The notes under the pieces: generated by a model
The model's database searches: none
What the model was told of the DNA's origin: nothing
Seen by the model: the letters and a program-made list of their open reading frames with translations, nothing else
Part shown: positions 24,656 to 36,038 of the stretch, in pieces
Numbering within the stretch: the stretch's first letter is position 1
Layout: every line of letters starts with the position of its first letter
Position numbers and translations under genes: made by a program
NCBI GenBank assembly: GCA_018882975.1
Contig: VEQZ01000002.1
Location: 1-52,281 of the forward strand
DNA length: 52,281 bases
Direction: 5' to 3'
Source of the DNA: Rhodocyclaceae bacterium
Lineage (GTDB): Bacteria; Pseudomonadota; Gammaproteobacteria; Burkholderiales; UBA3065

Positions 24656-27406
24656 TCAAGCCGGCGGCGGCCGACCGTGCAGGGCCGGCACCTCGACCGG
24701 CAGCGGACCCATCACCCCATCCCACAGGCGCGTGACGGCGTCGCGGTGCCCGTCCCACCCGGCCGCCGGCACGGCCGACGAGCCCTGCGCATTGAGACGC
24801 AACAGGTGTTGCGTCTGCCGGAAGTGCCGGTAAGCGTCCTGGCAGCGCGCCGCCAGATCGGCATCGGCGAGGCCTAGTGCTGCGGCGCGGCCGAGCAGCG
24901 CCAGGGTCCCCACATTGTCGAGCAACTCGGGGTGTCGATGGGCGTGGGCCAGGATCCAGTACTGCACCACGAACTCGGTATCGATGATGCCGCCGCGATC
25001 CTGCTTGAGGTTGAACACGCCCGCCTTGGCGCGATGCGCATCCAGCATGCGGCGGCGCATATCGACGATGTCGCGGCGGGTCGCGTCCGCCTCGCGCGGG
25101 GCGGCCAGCACGGCGCGCCGCACCGCCTCGACGCGCTGGGCGATGTCCGCATCGCCCGCCGCTGCGCGAGCGCGCGTCAAGGCCTGCAGTTCCCAGGTCC
25201 AGGCGGAGGTCTCGAGGTAGCGCTGCCAGTGCGCCACGCTGCACACCAGCAGGCCGGCATCACCATCCGGACGCAGGCGCAGGTCGGTCTCGTAGAGCAC
25301 GCCGGCGCCGGTGAGGCTGTTGAGCCAGCTGTTGCAGCGCTGCACCAGCCGCGAGTAGACCTCGCCGGCGTCGGGGTGGTCGTCGTCGTGCACCCATACG
25401 AGGTCAAGGTCGGAGGCGAACGACAGCTCCTTGCCGCCGAGCTTGCCGTAGCCGATCACGCAGACCTGCGGCCGCTCGCGGTGGCGGCCGCGCAGGCCGA
25501 CCCAGACCCGCTCGAGCACCGCCTGCAGCACGCCGTCGGCCAGCGCGGTCAGTTCGTCGGCCAGGTGTTCGAGGCTGAGCATGCCGGAGAGCCCGCGCGC
25601 CACCAGCCGGAAGGTCTGCGCATGGCGGAAGTGCCGCAGCGCGTCCATCGCCGCCTCGGTGTCGTCGCCGATGGCATCGAGTTCGTGGCCGAGCGCGGCG
25701 AACAGTGCCGGCCAGTCGGCGGGCGCAGCGAGGCTTTGCGGGTCGAGCAGCTCGTCGAGCAGCAGCGGGTGCCGGTTGAGGTACTGCGCCAGCCAGCTCG
25801 AGGCGGTCACCAGGCGGCCCACGTGGAGCAGCGCCTGCGGGTTCTCCTGCAGCAGGGCGAGGTAGCTGACGCGGCCGCCGATCGCCTCGACCAGACCCAA
25901 CAGCGCCGACAAGGCACGGTCCCTGGCCGGCGAGGCCGCCGCCGCGCCCGCCAGTTGCGGCACCAGTGCGTCCAGACGCGCCTGCGCCACGGCCGACAGC
26001 GAGCGGTAACGCGCGCCGTTGCGCAGCGAGGCGACGTGCTCGCCGAGCGCCGGGTCAAAGCCGCGTCGCTCGAGTTCGGCGCCGTACGCTTCGGCCGGCG
26101 CTGCGGCTTGCCAGAGCGTGTGCAGCGGGTCGGCCGCTTCGCCGCGTTCGCGCGCCTCGAACACGTCCTCGAAGATGGCGGTGACAGCATTGCGCGTGCG
26201 CTCGGTGTCGGCCGCCAGCGCGTCCCAATTCGCATACCGCATCAGCCCGGCGACGCGCGCGCGGCCTTCGCCAGACTCGGGCAGCATCTGCGTCTGGGCA
26301 TCGTCCACGTATTGCAGGGCGTGCTCCAGGCGACGCAGGAAGTCGTAGGCCTCCAACAGGGTGCGCGCGCTGTCCTCCGGCATGCGCCCGCTGGCAGCGA
26401 GACGCCGCAGCGCCTCGCGCGTCGAGCGCACGCGCAGGTCGCATTCGCGGCCGCCGCGAATGAGCTGGAAGATCTGCGCGACGAACTCCACCTCGCGGAT
26501 GCCGCCAGGGCCGAGCTTGATGTTGTCGCGCAGGTCGCGGCGCGCCACCTCGGCGCGGATCTGGCGGTGCAGGTCGCGCAGGTCATCCAGCGCGGCAAAG
26601 TCCAGATATTTACGGTAAACAAAGGGTTGGGTGATCTTGTTGAGCGCTTTTTCATCTTCCGGCGTGCCGGTGACTGCGAGCGCCTTCATCCACGCGTAGC
26701 GCTCCCAGGCGCGGCCGTGGGCCAGCAGATACTCCTCAAGCATGGCGTGGCTCAAGGCCAAGGGGCCGGCGTCGCCCCACGGGCGCAGGCGCATGTCGAC
26801 GCGGAACACCATGCCGTCGCTGGTGACCTCGGCCAGCAGGCCGATCAGCGCGCGGCCCTGGCGGATGAAGAACTCCTGATTGCCGATGCTGCGTGCGCCG
26901 CCCCGGTCAGCCTCTCCATCGGTGTCGCCATCCTCGGGGTAGACAAAGATCAGGTCGATATCCGAGGAGGCATTGAGTTCGCCGCCGCCGAGTTTGCCCA
27001 TGGCGACGATCTGTAAATGCTGCTCGCGGCGGTCGGCGCCGCGTGGTGTGCCGAAACGCGCCACCAGATCGGCTCGGGTCTGCCGCTCGGCCTGACGCAG
27101 GGCAAGCGTCGCCAGCGCGCTCAATGCCGTGAGCACTTCGTCGAGCGCGGCGCGGCCACTGGCGTCGCGCGTCACCAGCCGTGCCATGGTGCGCGCGCGC
27201 AGGTCACGCAGGACGCGGTCGAGCGGCGTATCGCCGGCCTGCAGCGTGACGAACTCCGCCTCCAGCAAGGCCACGTCGACCGGCGTCCGTGCTGCGGCGT
27301 CCCAATCGAAGCCGGCGAGCGCGCGCATGCCGGCCAGCCGCGCGATAAAGGGGCTGTGCGTGGCGAGGGCGGCGAGGGCAGGGGGGAGACGGTTGGCAGT
27401 GTCCAT
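24656..27406 (-). CDS. glnE: Bifunctional glutamine synthetase adenylyltransferase/adenylyl-removing enzyme
   Basis: ORF 24656..28264 trimmed to ATG 27406 (MDTANRLPPALAALATHSPFIARL). It has two nucleotidyltransferase modules (GKLGGGELNASSDIDLIFVY and GKLGGKELSFASDLDLVWVH). 916 aa. The upstream 286 codons of the ORF are Arg/Ser-rich shadow antisense to the next gene. Confidence 0.93.
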   Translation of the reverse strand: MDTANRLPPALAALATHSPFIARLAGMRALAGFDWDAAARTPVDVALLEAEFVTLQAGDTPLDRVLRDLRARTMARLVTRDASGRAALDEVLTALSALATLALRQAERQTRADLVARFGTPRGADRREQHLQIVAMGKLGGGELNASSDIDLIFVYPEDGDTDGEADRGGARSIGNQEFFIRQGRALIGLLAEVTSDGMVFRVDMRLRPWGDAGPLALSHAMLEEYLLAHGRAWERYAWMKALAVTGTPEDEKALNKITQPFVYRKYLDFAALDDLRDLHRQIRAEVARRDLRDNIKLGPGGIREVEFVAQIFQLIRGGRECDLRVRSTREALRRLAASGRMPEDSARTLLEAYDFLRRLEHALQYVDDAQTQMLPESGEGRARVAGLMRYANWDALAADTERTRNAVTAIFEDVFEARERGEAADPLHTLWQAAAPAEAYGAELERRGFDPALGEHVASLRNGARYRSLSAVAQARLDALVPQLAGAAAASPARDRALSALLGLVEAIGGRVSYLALLQENPQALLHVGRLVTASSWLAQYLNRHPLLLDELLDPQSLAAPADWPALFAALGHELDAIGDDTEAAMDALRHFRHAQTFRLVARGLSGMLSLEHLADELTALADGVLQAVLERVWVGLRGRHRERPQVCVIGYGKLGGKELSFASDLDLVWVHDDDHPDAGEVYSRLVQRCNSWLNSLTGAGVLYETDLRLRPDGDAGLLVCSVAHWQRYLETSAWTWELQALTRARAAAGDADIAQRVEAVRRAVLAAPREADATRRDIVDMRRRMLDAHRAKAGVFNLKQDRGGIIDTEFVVQYWILAHAHRHPELLDNVGTLALLGRAAALGLADADLAARCQDAYRHFRQTQHLLRLNAQGSSAVPAAGWDGHRDAVTRLWDGVMGPLPVEVPALHGRPPPA

Positions 27407-27491
27407 GGGCGGTTGCAGTAGAGGCGCGGGGTGGTGAAGTCGGAGGGCGTCAGATGGAGTCGCTGGGGGTGCTTGTGGCAATCGTGTTCTG

Positions 27492-30400
27492 TTGCTGACA
27501 GCGTCGGGGTCCGACGCGGCATCGCGGCACGCGGTCGGGACGGACCTTGCGCTTACAATAGCGCGGTCCCGTAGCGTGGTTCCGCGAACCGCCCGCTTGA
27601 GCTCCGACACCACCCCCCCCGGGCACGGCACCGCGCGCCCGCTCACCCGCCTGCAGCGCGTCCTGCGCTCGCTGCCGGTGCGGCTCGCCATCGGCACCCA
27701 TCGCTGGCTATGGTGGATCGCGTCGGCTGTGCTGGTTCTGCTGCTGCTCGCGCACGCGCTGCTGCGCTTCTGGCTGGTGCCGCAGATCCCCGAACGCCGC
27801 GTCGAGATCGAGGCCGCGCTGGCCGAGGCGATCCAGCGACCAGTGCGCCTCGGCGAGATTCGCGCCGGCTGGAGTGGCCTGCAGCCGCGCATCGACATCG
27901 CGTCGCTGACCATCCTCGACCGCGCCGGCCAGCCAGCGCTGGTGCTGCCGGCCATCAACGCCTCGCTGTCCTGGCGCTCCCTGCCGGCGCGCACCGTGGT
28001 GTTCGGCCGGTTGCGCACCGGCGGCCTCGAGCTGTTCCTGCATCGCGCCCGGGACGGCACCGTCCTGCTCGGCGACATTCCGCTCAACCGCGGCGAGGAC
28101 AACCGTTTCCTCGACTGGCTGCAGCAGCAGCGCGGCATTGACCTCGAACGCTCGGTTATCCACTGGGATGACGAGTCGCGCGCCGCGCCGCGCCTGACCC
28201 TGCGCGACGTCGATCTGCGCATCCGCAACCGCGGCGCCTTGCATCGCTTCGGGCTGCGTGCCACCCCGCCCGATACGCTGGCAGGCCCGTTGGACCTGCG
28301 CGGCGAGTGGCGCGGCGAGTCGGTTGCGCGTCAGGAGGGCCGCGGCCGCCTTTACGGCGAGCTCGAAAGCATCGATCTCGCCAGCCTGCTGCCGTGGATC
28401 GATCTGCCGTTTGGCGTCACCGCCGGCAGGGGCGACCTGCGCTTGTGGCTTGACCTGCATGACAGCACCGTCGCGGGTTTCACCGCCGATGCCCGTCTTG
28501 TCGATGTCAGCGCCCGCATCGAGGGTACCGACGAGGCGCTGCAGGTGCGCTCGCTCGGTGGCCGGGTGGCCTTGCTTAACCGCCCGGACCGTCACGCCCT
28601 TGAGTTGCAGCGGCTCACCCTGCAGACCACCGACGGTGTAGTGGCACCGGAGACCACTTTGCAGTGGCGGCAGGAAGGGCGCGGCGATAGCGCCCGACAT
28701 ACGGCGCGCATCGAACACGTTGTGCTCGGCCCGCTGTTCCAGGCGCTGTCGGTGCTGCCGCTGCCCGAGGAGACGCGTCAGCTGATCCGCGAGGCGGCAC
28801 CGCGGGGTGAGTTGCGCAATGTCCGTGCGCAATGGCAAGGCGACTGGCGGAACCCGCGCAGGTACAGTCTGCGCGGCCGTTTTTCCGACCTCGGCATGGC
28901 GCCGGTGGCCGGCCTTCCCGGTTTCGACCGGCTCTCCGGCAGCATCGATGCCAGCGAGGCGGGCGGCCGCGCGCAGTTGGGCTTCGGCGCCGCGCCTCTG
29001 TCTTGGCCGGGCCACTTCCGGCGCGCCCTGCCGCTGCAGTCGGCCGAGGCGACGCTCGACTGGCGGCGCGAGAAAAGCGACTGGCGCTATGAGCTTGCCG
29101 CGGCCGGGATCGATACCGGCGAGTTGCGCGCCTCCCTGCAAGGCAGTTGGGTGCCGGCCAAACACGAGCTCCAGCTTGACGTGCACGCCAGTCACCTTGA
29201 TCCCGCCGCCGTAGTGCATTACCTGCCGGAATCGGTCGGTGAGGGCACGCGTGAATGGCTTGAATTGGCCTTCCCGGCTGGCGGGCAAGCCTCCGGCACT
29301 GCGCGGCTGCGCGGCGACCCGGCGCGCTTCCCGTTCAGCGACGGGCGCGGCGGCCGCTTCGAAGCTGCCATCGACCTGCGTGTGCCAGCACTGTTGTTCA
29401 GCCCGCGCTGGCCGCGCCTGCAAACCGTCGAGGGACGGCTGCGCTTCGTCAACGCCGCTGTCGCGGCGGATGGTGCGCGCGGCAGGCTGGGCAACAGCGT
29501 GCTCGAGCAGATCCGCATGAGCATTCCCAACCTCGAGATACCCGACCCCGCGCTCGACATCTCCGGCCAGGTCGCCGCCAGCGTCCCCGACGTGCTCGAT
29601 TACATCCAGAACAGCCCGGTGCGCGGACTCATCAACGGCGCCACCGACGGCATGAGCGGCAACGGCAGGGTCGGGCTCAAACTGGCGCTGCACGTGCCGC
29701 TCCACCATTCGCTCGACGCCACGCTCAAGGGCGAGGCCGCGATCGACGCCGGGCGCCTCGAACTCGGACCGGGCAGGCCGGCGCTCACTGCGCTGAGCGG
29801 ACCACTGCTGTTCACCGAGCAGGGCGTGAGCAGCCCCGGCCTTGCCGCGAACTTTCTCGGCGGGCCGGCGCGCGGCGTCATCAGCAGTCAGCCGGGGGGC
29901 ATCGTGCGCATCGAGGCCAGCGGCCGGGCGCGCATCGCTTCGCTGGCGCAGCAGTTTCCGCTGCGCGCCTGGGGTCTGGCCGCCGGCGAAGCGGCGTGGC
30001 GCGGCGACATCAGCCTGGGACCGGCCGGCACGCGCCTTAACGTGCAGTCCGGGCTCGAGGGGGTGGTGCTCGACCTGCCCGCGCCACTGGCCAAACCGGC
30101 CCCGCAGAACCAGCCGCTGCGCTTCGTCTGGCAGACCGGCGAGCGTGGCGACCGCTACGACCTTGACATCGGCACGCAGATCCGCGCCCGTGTGCAGACG
30201 CGTGCCGGCGTGGCCGGCGTCGGCTCGAGCGTGGACAAGGCACTGGTGGCAGTGGGCGCCGCCGCGCTGCCGGCCGACCGCGCGCGCGGCGTCGCCGTGG
30301 CCATCGACCTGCCGCAGTTCTTCGCCACCCAGTGGCTGCCGGTGTTCGACCGATTTACCGCCAGCGGTCCCGAGACCGGTGCACCGCTGCCGGTCGAGGC

Positions 30401-31501
30401 GCGCATCCGCACCCGCCGCTTCGAGCTCGAAGGGCAGTTCCTCGGCGAAACCGACCTCGCTGTGGAGCGCCACGCGACGGTGTGGAACTGGACTGTTCGC
30501 GGTGCCGACGCCGAGGGCGGCGGACTTTGGGACCCGACCGGCAATGGCGCGATCACCGCGCGTCTGGCGCGCCTGTCGCTGGGCGCGCCGGTCGATGGCG
30601 CCACACCCCCGCAGGACGACGAGGCCGGCAACTACCCGGCACTCGACGTCGAGGTCGGCAGCTTCCTGCGGCGCGGCCGCGACTTCGGCCAGCTGCGTCT
30701 CAAGGCTAGCCAGCAGGGGCGTGACTGGCAGATCGACGCCCTGCGACTGAGCGCACCCGAGTACCAACTCGATGCGAGCGGCGTCTGGCAGGCGTGGCGC
30801 AGCCGGCCGGCCACTGACATCAAGGTCGAACTCAGGACCACCGACACCGGCCGCTATCTCGACCGTCTCGGTTATCGCAACGTGCTCAAGGCAGCACCCG
30901 CCTCCCTCAAAGGCACACTGCGCTGGCGCGGCCCGCCCACCGACATCGATTTCCCCAGCCTGTCCGGCCAGTTCCATCTGGAGACCGGCAAAGGTCAGTT
31001 CCTCAAAGCCGAACCCGGCGCCGCGCGTCTGCTCGGCATCGTCAGCCTGCAGGCGCTGCCGCGCCGCATCACCCTCGACTTCCGCGATGTGTTCAGCGAG
31101 GGGCTGCTGTTCGACAGCATCGAGAGCGACCTCGCTTTGAACGAAGGCGTGATGCGCACCGACCAGTTCTTCATCGACGCCCCCGCGGCCAAGGTCCGCA
31201 TCAAGGGTCAGGCCAATCTGGCCCGCGAGACGCAGGACCTGCAGGTCAAGGTCAGCCCGGCGATGGATGCGGCCACCATCGGCGCGCTAATCGCCAATCC
31301 GGTCGCCGGCCTCGCGGTGTTTCTCGCCCAGCAACTGCTCGACGACCCGATCGGCAAGCTCATCACCTTCAATTATTACGTGACCGGCAGTTGGGCGGAC
31401 CCGCAGGTGTCGCGCCGCGGCGCGCCGGAGCTCAGCACCCGCCCGAAGACCGAGCGCGAGGGCAAGGATGGCGCGTCAACAGTGCTGCCGGGAGGCGCGC
31501 C

Positions 31502-31505
<4 letters not shown>
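27492..31505 (+). CDS. YhdP/TIGR02099-family giant inner-membrane-anchored (AsmA-like) protein
   Basis: About 1300 aa. A single N-terminal TM helix (WLWWIASAVLVLLLLAHALL) is followed by a long beta-rich region and a conserved C-terminal segment (...LFDSIESDLALNEGVMRTDQFFIDAPAAKVRIKGQANL...YYVTGSWADPQV). It sits in the conserved position between glnE and the Nit hydrolase/tldD. The start is uncertain: TTG 27492, GTG 27576 or GTG 27678 (the last gives MRLAIGTHRWLWW...). Confidence 0.8.
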
Positions 31506-32368
<863 letters not shown>

Positions 32369-32453
32369 GCGCGGCCATGACATTGTTGCGCCGCAGCGCC
32401 CCTTGTGCCGCTACCATCGCATCTCACCTTCGCCTCGCACCTCATCTCCACGC

Positions 32454-33905
32454 ATGAACGCCCCGATCTCGCCTGACTGCCTCGCCACCGCCTCGGCCCT
32501 GCTCCTGCAACCGGCCGGCCTCGACCTCGCCGACCTCGGCCGCGTGCTCGGCGAAGTCGCTACCCACCGCGCCGACTACGCCGACATCTACCTGCAGTAC
32601 ACGCGCTCGGAGGGTTGGAGCCTGGAGGAGGGTCTGGTCAAATCGGGCAGCTTCAGCATCGACTCCGGCGCCGGGGTGCGCGTGGTCGACGGCGAGCGCA
32701 CCGCCTTTGCCTACACCGACGACCTGAGTCTGGATGCGCTGCTGCAGGCGGCGCGCACCACCCGCAGCATCGCGGCGGCCGGTGGCGACGGCCGCGCACC
32801 GGTGCCCGGCCGCGGCAGCGCCCGCGCGCTCTACGCACCGGTGGACCCGGTGGCCAGCCTCGACGCTGACGCCAAAGTGGCGATGCTGCTCAAGGTCGAG
32901 AAGATGGCGCGCGCCGCCGACCCGCGCATCACCCAGGTCATGGCCTCGCTCGCCGCCGAGTACGACGTGGTCCTGCTGCTGCGCGCCGACGGCCGCGTCA
33001 GCGCCGATGTGCGGCCGCTGGTGCGCCTCTCGGTGCAGGTCATCGCCGAGGCCGACGGGCGGCGTCAGCAGGGCACCGCAGGCGGGGGCGGACGCGAGGG
33101 TCTGGCCATGTTCACCGAGGCACGTCTGCGCACCCTCGTCGACCAGGCAGTGCATCAGGCGCTGGTCAACCTTGAAGCCGGCCCGGCACCGGCCGGCGAG
33201 ATGACCGTGGTGCTCGGCCCCGGCTGGCCTGGCATCCTGCTGCACGAGGCCATCGGCCACGGCCTTGAGGGCGACTTCAACCGCAAGGGCAGTTCGGCCT
33301 TCTCCGGGCGGGTCGGTGAGCGCATCGCCGCCAAGGGTGTCACGGTGGTGGATGACGGCACGCTGGCTGGCCGCCGCGGCTCGCTGAACGTGGACGATGA
33401 GGGCGAACCGACACAGCGCACCACCCTGATCGAGGACGGCATCCTGCAGGGCTACATCCAGGACCAGCTCAACGCCCGGCTGATGGGCGTGGCTCCCACC
33501 GGCAATGGTCGCCGCGAAAGCTACGCCCACGTGCCGATGCCGCGCATGACCAACACCTGCATGATCAACGGCGACCGCGACCCCGGCGAGATCATCGCCT
33601 CGGTGCAGAAGGGCCTCTACGCCGTCAACTTCGGCGGCGGGCAGGTCGACATCACCAGCGGCAAGTTCGTCTTCTCGGCGGCCGAGGCCTACCTCATCGA
33701 GAACGGCAAGGTGACGCGCCCGGTGCGCGGCGCCACCCTGATCGGCAACGGCCCCGACGTACTCACCCGCGTCAGCATGATCGGCAACGACATGGCGCTC
33801 GACCCCGGCATCGGCACCTGCGGCAAGGATGGCCAGAGCGTGCCGGTCGGCGTCGGCCAACCGACCCTGCGCATCGACGGCCTGACCGTCGGCGGCACCG
33901 CCTGA
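32454..33905 (+). CDS. tldD: Metalloprotease TldD
   Basis: ORF 31935..33905 trimmed to ATG 32454. Sequence: ADIYLQYTRSEGWSLEEGLVKSGSFSIDSGAGVRVV...LLHEAIGHGLEGDFNRKGSSAF (HExxxH-like)...TCGKDGQSVPVGVGQPTLRIDGLTVGG. Confidence 0.93.
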   Translation: MNAPISPDCLATASALLLQPAGLDLADLGRVLGEVATHRADYADIYLQYTRSEGWSLEEGLVKSGSFSIDSGAGVRVVDGERTAFAYTDDLSLDALLQAARTTRSIAAAGGDGRAPVPGRGSARALYAPVDPVASLDADAKVAMLLKVEKMARAADPRITQVMASLAAEYDVVLLLRADGRVSADVRPLVRLSVQVIAEADGRRQQGTAGGGGREGLAMFTEARLRTLVDQAVHQALVNLEAGPAPAGEMTVVLGPGWPGILLHEAIGHGLEGDFNRKGSSAFSGRVGERIAAKGVTVVDDGTLAGRRGSLNVDDEGEPTQRTTLIEDGILQGYIQDQLNARLMGVAPTGNGRRESYAHVPMPRMTNTCMINGDRDPGEIIASVQKGLYAVNFGGGQVDITSGKFVFSAAEAYLIENGKVTRPVRGATLIGNGPDVLTRVSMIGNDMALDPGIGTCGKDGQSVPVGVGQPTLRIDGLTVGGTA

Positions 33906-33944
33906 ACTCGGCTGCATCGCGACAAGGCATTTCCGGAGACACGC

Positions 33945-34910
33945 GTGAAGACCACCTTCCTCGATTTTGAACAGCCCATCGCCGAACTCGAGGCGCGCAT
34001 CGAGGAACTGCGCTTCGTGCAGGACGACTCCGCGGTCGACATCGCCGAGGAGATCGACCGCCTGCAGTCCAAGGCCGACAAGCTGACCAAGGAGATCTAC
34101 GGCAAGCTCGGCGCCTGGCAGATCGCGCAGGTGGCGCGCCATCCTCAACGTCCGTTCACGCTCGACTACGTGCAGGGCCTGTTCACCGATTGGCACGAGT
34201 TGCACGGCGACCGCGCCTTCGCCGACGACCCGGCCATCGTCGGCGGCATGGCCCGCTTCAACGGCCAGCCGGTGGTGGTGATCGGCCACCAAAAGGGCCG
34301 CGACACGCGCGACAAGATCTACCGCAACTTCGGCATGCCGCGTCCGGAGGGCTACCGCAAGGCGCTGCGCCTGATGAAAACCGCCGAGAAGTTCGGCTTC
34401 CCGGTCATCACCTTCATCGACACGCCGGGTGCCTATCCGGGGGTCGGTGCTGAGGAGCGCGGCCAGTCCGAGGCCATTGGCCGCAACCTCGCCGAGATGT
34501 CGGCGCTGCGCGTGCCGGTGGTCTGCGTGGTGATCGGAGAGGGCGGTTCGGGCGGCGCGCTGGCCTTGGCGGTGGGCGACGCCATTCTCATGCTGCAGAA
34601 CGCCATCTACTCGGTGATCTCGCCCGAAGGCTGCGCCAGCATTCTCTGGAAGAGCGCCGAGAAGGCCGGCGAGGCCGCCGAAACGCTCGGCATCATCGCG
34701 CCGCGCCTCAAGGCCCTCGGCCTGATCGACCGCATCGTCAACGAACCGCTCGGTGGCGCCCACCGCGACGCCGACGCGATGATGGTCAATCTGCGCAAGG
34801 CCATCGCCGAGACCCTGCGCGAACTGCAGAACCAGCCGCTGGATGCGCTGCTGGAGCGGCGCATCGATCGGCTCATGGCCTATGGCCGTTTCAAGGAGAC
34901 CGAGGGCTGA
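33945..34910 (+). CDS. accA: Acetyl-CoA carboxylase carboxyltransferase subunit alpha
   Basis: GTG start preceded by GGAGA. Sequence: [23 protein letters not shown]...[29 protein letters not shown]-like...[10 protein letters not shown]. Confidence 0.95.
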   Translation: MKTTFLDFEQPIAELEARIEELRFVQDDSAVDIAEEIDRLQSKADKLTKEIYGKLGAWQIAQVARHPQRPFTLDYVQGLFTDWHELHGDRAFADDPAIVGGMARFNGQPVVVIGHQKGRDTRDKIYRNFGMPRPEGYRKALRLMKTAEKFGFPVITFIDTPGAYPGVGAEERGQSEAIGRNLAEMSALRVPVVCVVIGEGGSGGALALAVGDAILMLQNAIYSVISPEGCASILWKSAEKAGEAAETLGIIAPRLKALGLIDRIVNEPLGGAHRDADAMMVNLRKAIAETLRELQNQPLDALLERRIDRLMAYGRFKETEG

Positions 34911-35995
34911 GCAGCCCGCAGGATGCCGTCCGCACCGCCCTGCGGCGGGCGGGGCTCGAGCGGGCTGATGCGCGCCTCGCCGTCGGTTTCAGTGGCGGCC
35001 TCGATTCCACGGTGCTGCTGCACGCGGCTTGCGCTGTTTTGCGGGCGCTCGATGCGGTGCCGCCAGTCGCCATCCATGTCAACCATGGTCTGCAGCCGGC
35101 TGCGGACGATTGGGCGCTGCACTGCGGGCAGGTCGCGGCCGACTTCGGCGCGACCGTGGTCTTGCGGCGCGTCGATGTGCAACGGGCCGGTGGCGAGAGC
35201 CCGGAGGCCGCAGCCCGCGAGGCGCGCCATGCGGCGCTGGCCTCGGCGGTGGCGGAACACACCGCAGACGCGCTGCTGCTTGCCCATCACCGCGACGACC
35301 AGGCCGAGACCGTGCTGTTCAACGCCCTGCGTGGCACCGGGCTGGCCGGGCTGGCCGGGATGCGGGTGGCGCGCGCGCTAGGTCAGGTCACGCCGGGCCA
35401 CGGCACCTCAGGCCGCGATGTGCCGGACCACGGCATGCTGGACCATGGCATGCTGGACCACGGCTGGCGGGATCAGGCCACGCCGCCCCTCGGCCCGTCG
35501 TCATGCAGCGCGCTGCTGCTGCGGCCCTTCCTCGACCTGCCGCGCACCGCGCTCGAAGCCGCTGCGCATGCGCACGGCCTGCGCTGGATCGAGGACCCGA
35601 GCAACGCCGACACCGCGCTGCGCCGCAACCTGCTGCGCCGGCAGGTGCTGCCGCTGATCGAGACCGGTATTCCACAAGCCCGGGCCTCGCTGGCGCGACT
35701 GGCCAGCCACGCCGCCGAGGCCGCCCTGCTGGCTGCCGACCTGGCCGACCTCGACGCCGCGGCCTGGACCGACGCGAGCGGCCTGCGCTGTGCGGCGTTT
35801 GCCGAACTGCCACCGCACCGCGCGCGCAACCTGCTGCGCCGTCAACTGGCGCTGGCCGGCCTGCGCATGCCCGACGCCGCGCGGCTCGACGAGATGCTGC
35901 GCCAGCTCACCGGCGCTGGCCGGCCCGAGCTGCGCCACGAGAGCGCCTTGGTGACACGCGGTCAGGGGCGCCTGCGGATCGAGCCCCTGCCATGA
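34907..35995 (+). CDS. tilS: tRNA(Ile)-lysidine synthetase TilS (probable non-canonical CTG start)
   Basis: The ORF track starts at GTG 35012. However, the same frame upstream reads ...[35 protein letters not shown], the PP-loop SGGxDS and the normal TilS N-terminus. There is no ATG/GTG/TTG in that stretch. CTG 34907 lies 8 nt after AAGGAG (34893-34898) and overlaps the accA TGA. The stop at 35995 is firm; the start is inferred. Confidence 0.75.
   Translation: MSSPQDAVRTALRRAGLERADARLAVGFSGGLDSTVLLHAACAVLRALDAVPPVAIHVNHGLQPAADDWALHCGQVAADFGATVVLRRVDVQRAGGESPEAAAREARHAALASAVAEHTADALLLAHHRDDQAETVLFNALRGTGLAGLAGMRVARALGQVTPGHGTSGRDVPDHGMLDHGMLDHGWRDQATPPLGPSSCSALLLRPFLDLPRTALEAAAHAHGLRWIEDPSNADTALRRNLLRRQVLPLIETGIPQARASLARLASHAAEAALLAADLADLDAAAWTDASGLRCAAFAELPPHRARNLLRRQLALAGLRMPDAARLDEMLRQLTGAGRPELRHESALVTRGQGRLRIEPLP
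35425..35466 (+). repeat. 15-bp tandem repeat (2.8 copies) inside tilS encoding [14 protein letters not shown]
   Basis: The units are ggaccacggcatgct / ggaccatggcatgct / ggaccacggctg, read directly from the sequence. Confidence 0.9.
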
Positions 35996-36038
35996 CCGCG
36001 TCCGAGCCGGCTGGCGACCTGCGCCCGGAGTCTGGCGC

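Noticed and set aside
27554-27559. TACAAT hexamer upstream of the YhdP-like gene as a possible -10.
   Set aside because: There is no acceptable -35 or TG extension. It also lies inside the longest version of the ORF. It is mentioned only because it bears on start-codon choice (GTG 27576 or 27678) and is not called as a feature.
27407-28264. N-terminal 286-codon extension of the glnE ORF (the track gives 1202 aa).
   Set aside because: The extension is Arg/Ser-rich and overlaps the YhdP-like gene on the other strand. GlnE homology begins at MDTANRLPPALAAL (ATG 27406). Similar spurious 5' extensions were trimmed for the MFP, rhlE, pyrG, tldD, MCP, PhoH, bcp, yceF and tmk ORFs.
27708-30977. 1089-aa minus-strand ORF antisense to the YhdP-like gene.
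   Set aside because: It is a shadow ORF. The plus-strand frame has the TM anchor and the conserved C-terminal YhdP/TIGR02099 segment.
32442-34763. 773-aa minus-strand ORF antisense to tldD and accA.
   Set aside because: It spans two unrelated, well-supported plus-strand genes and the spacer between them. It has no motifs.
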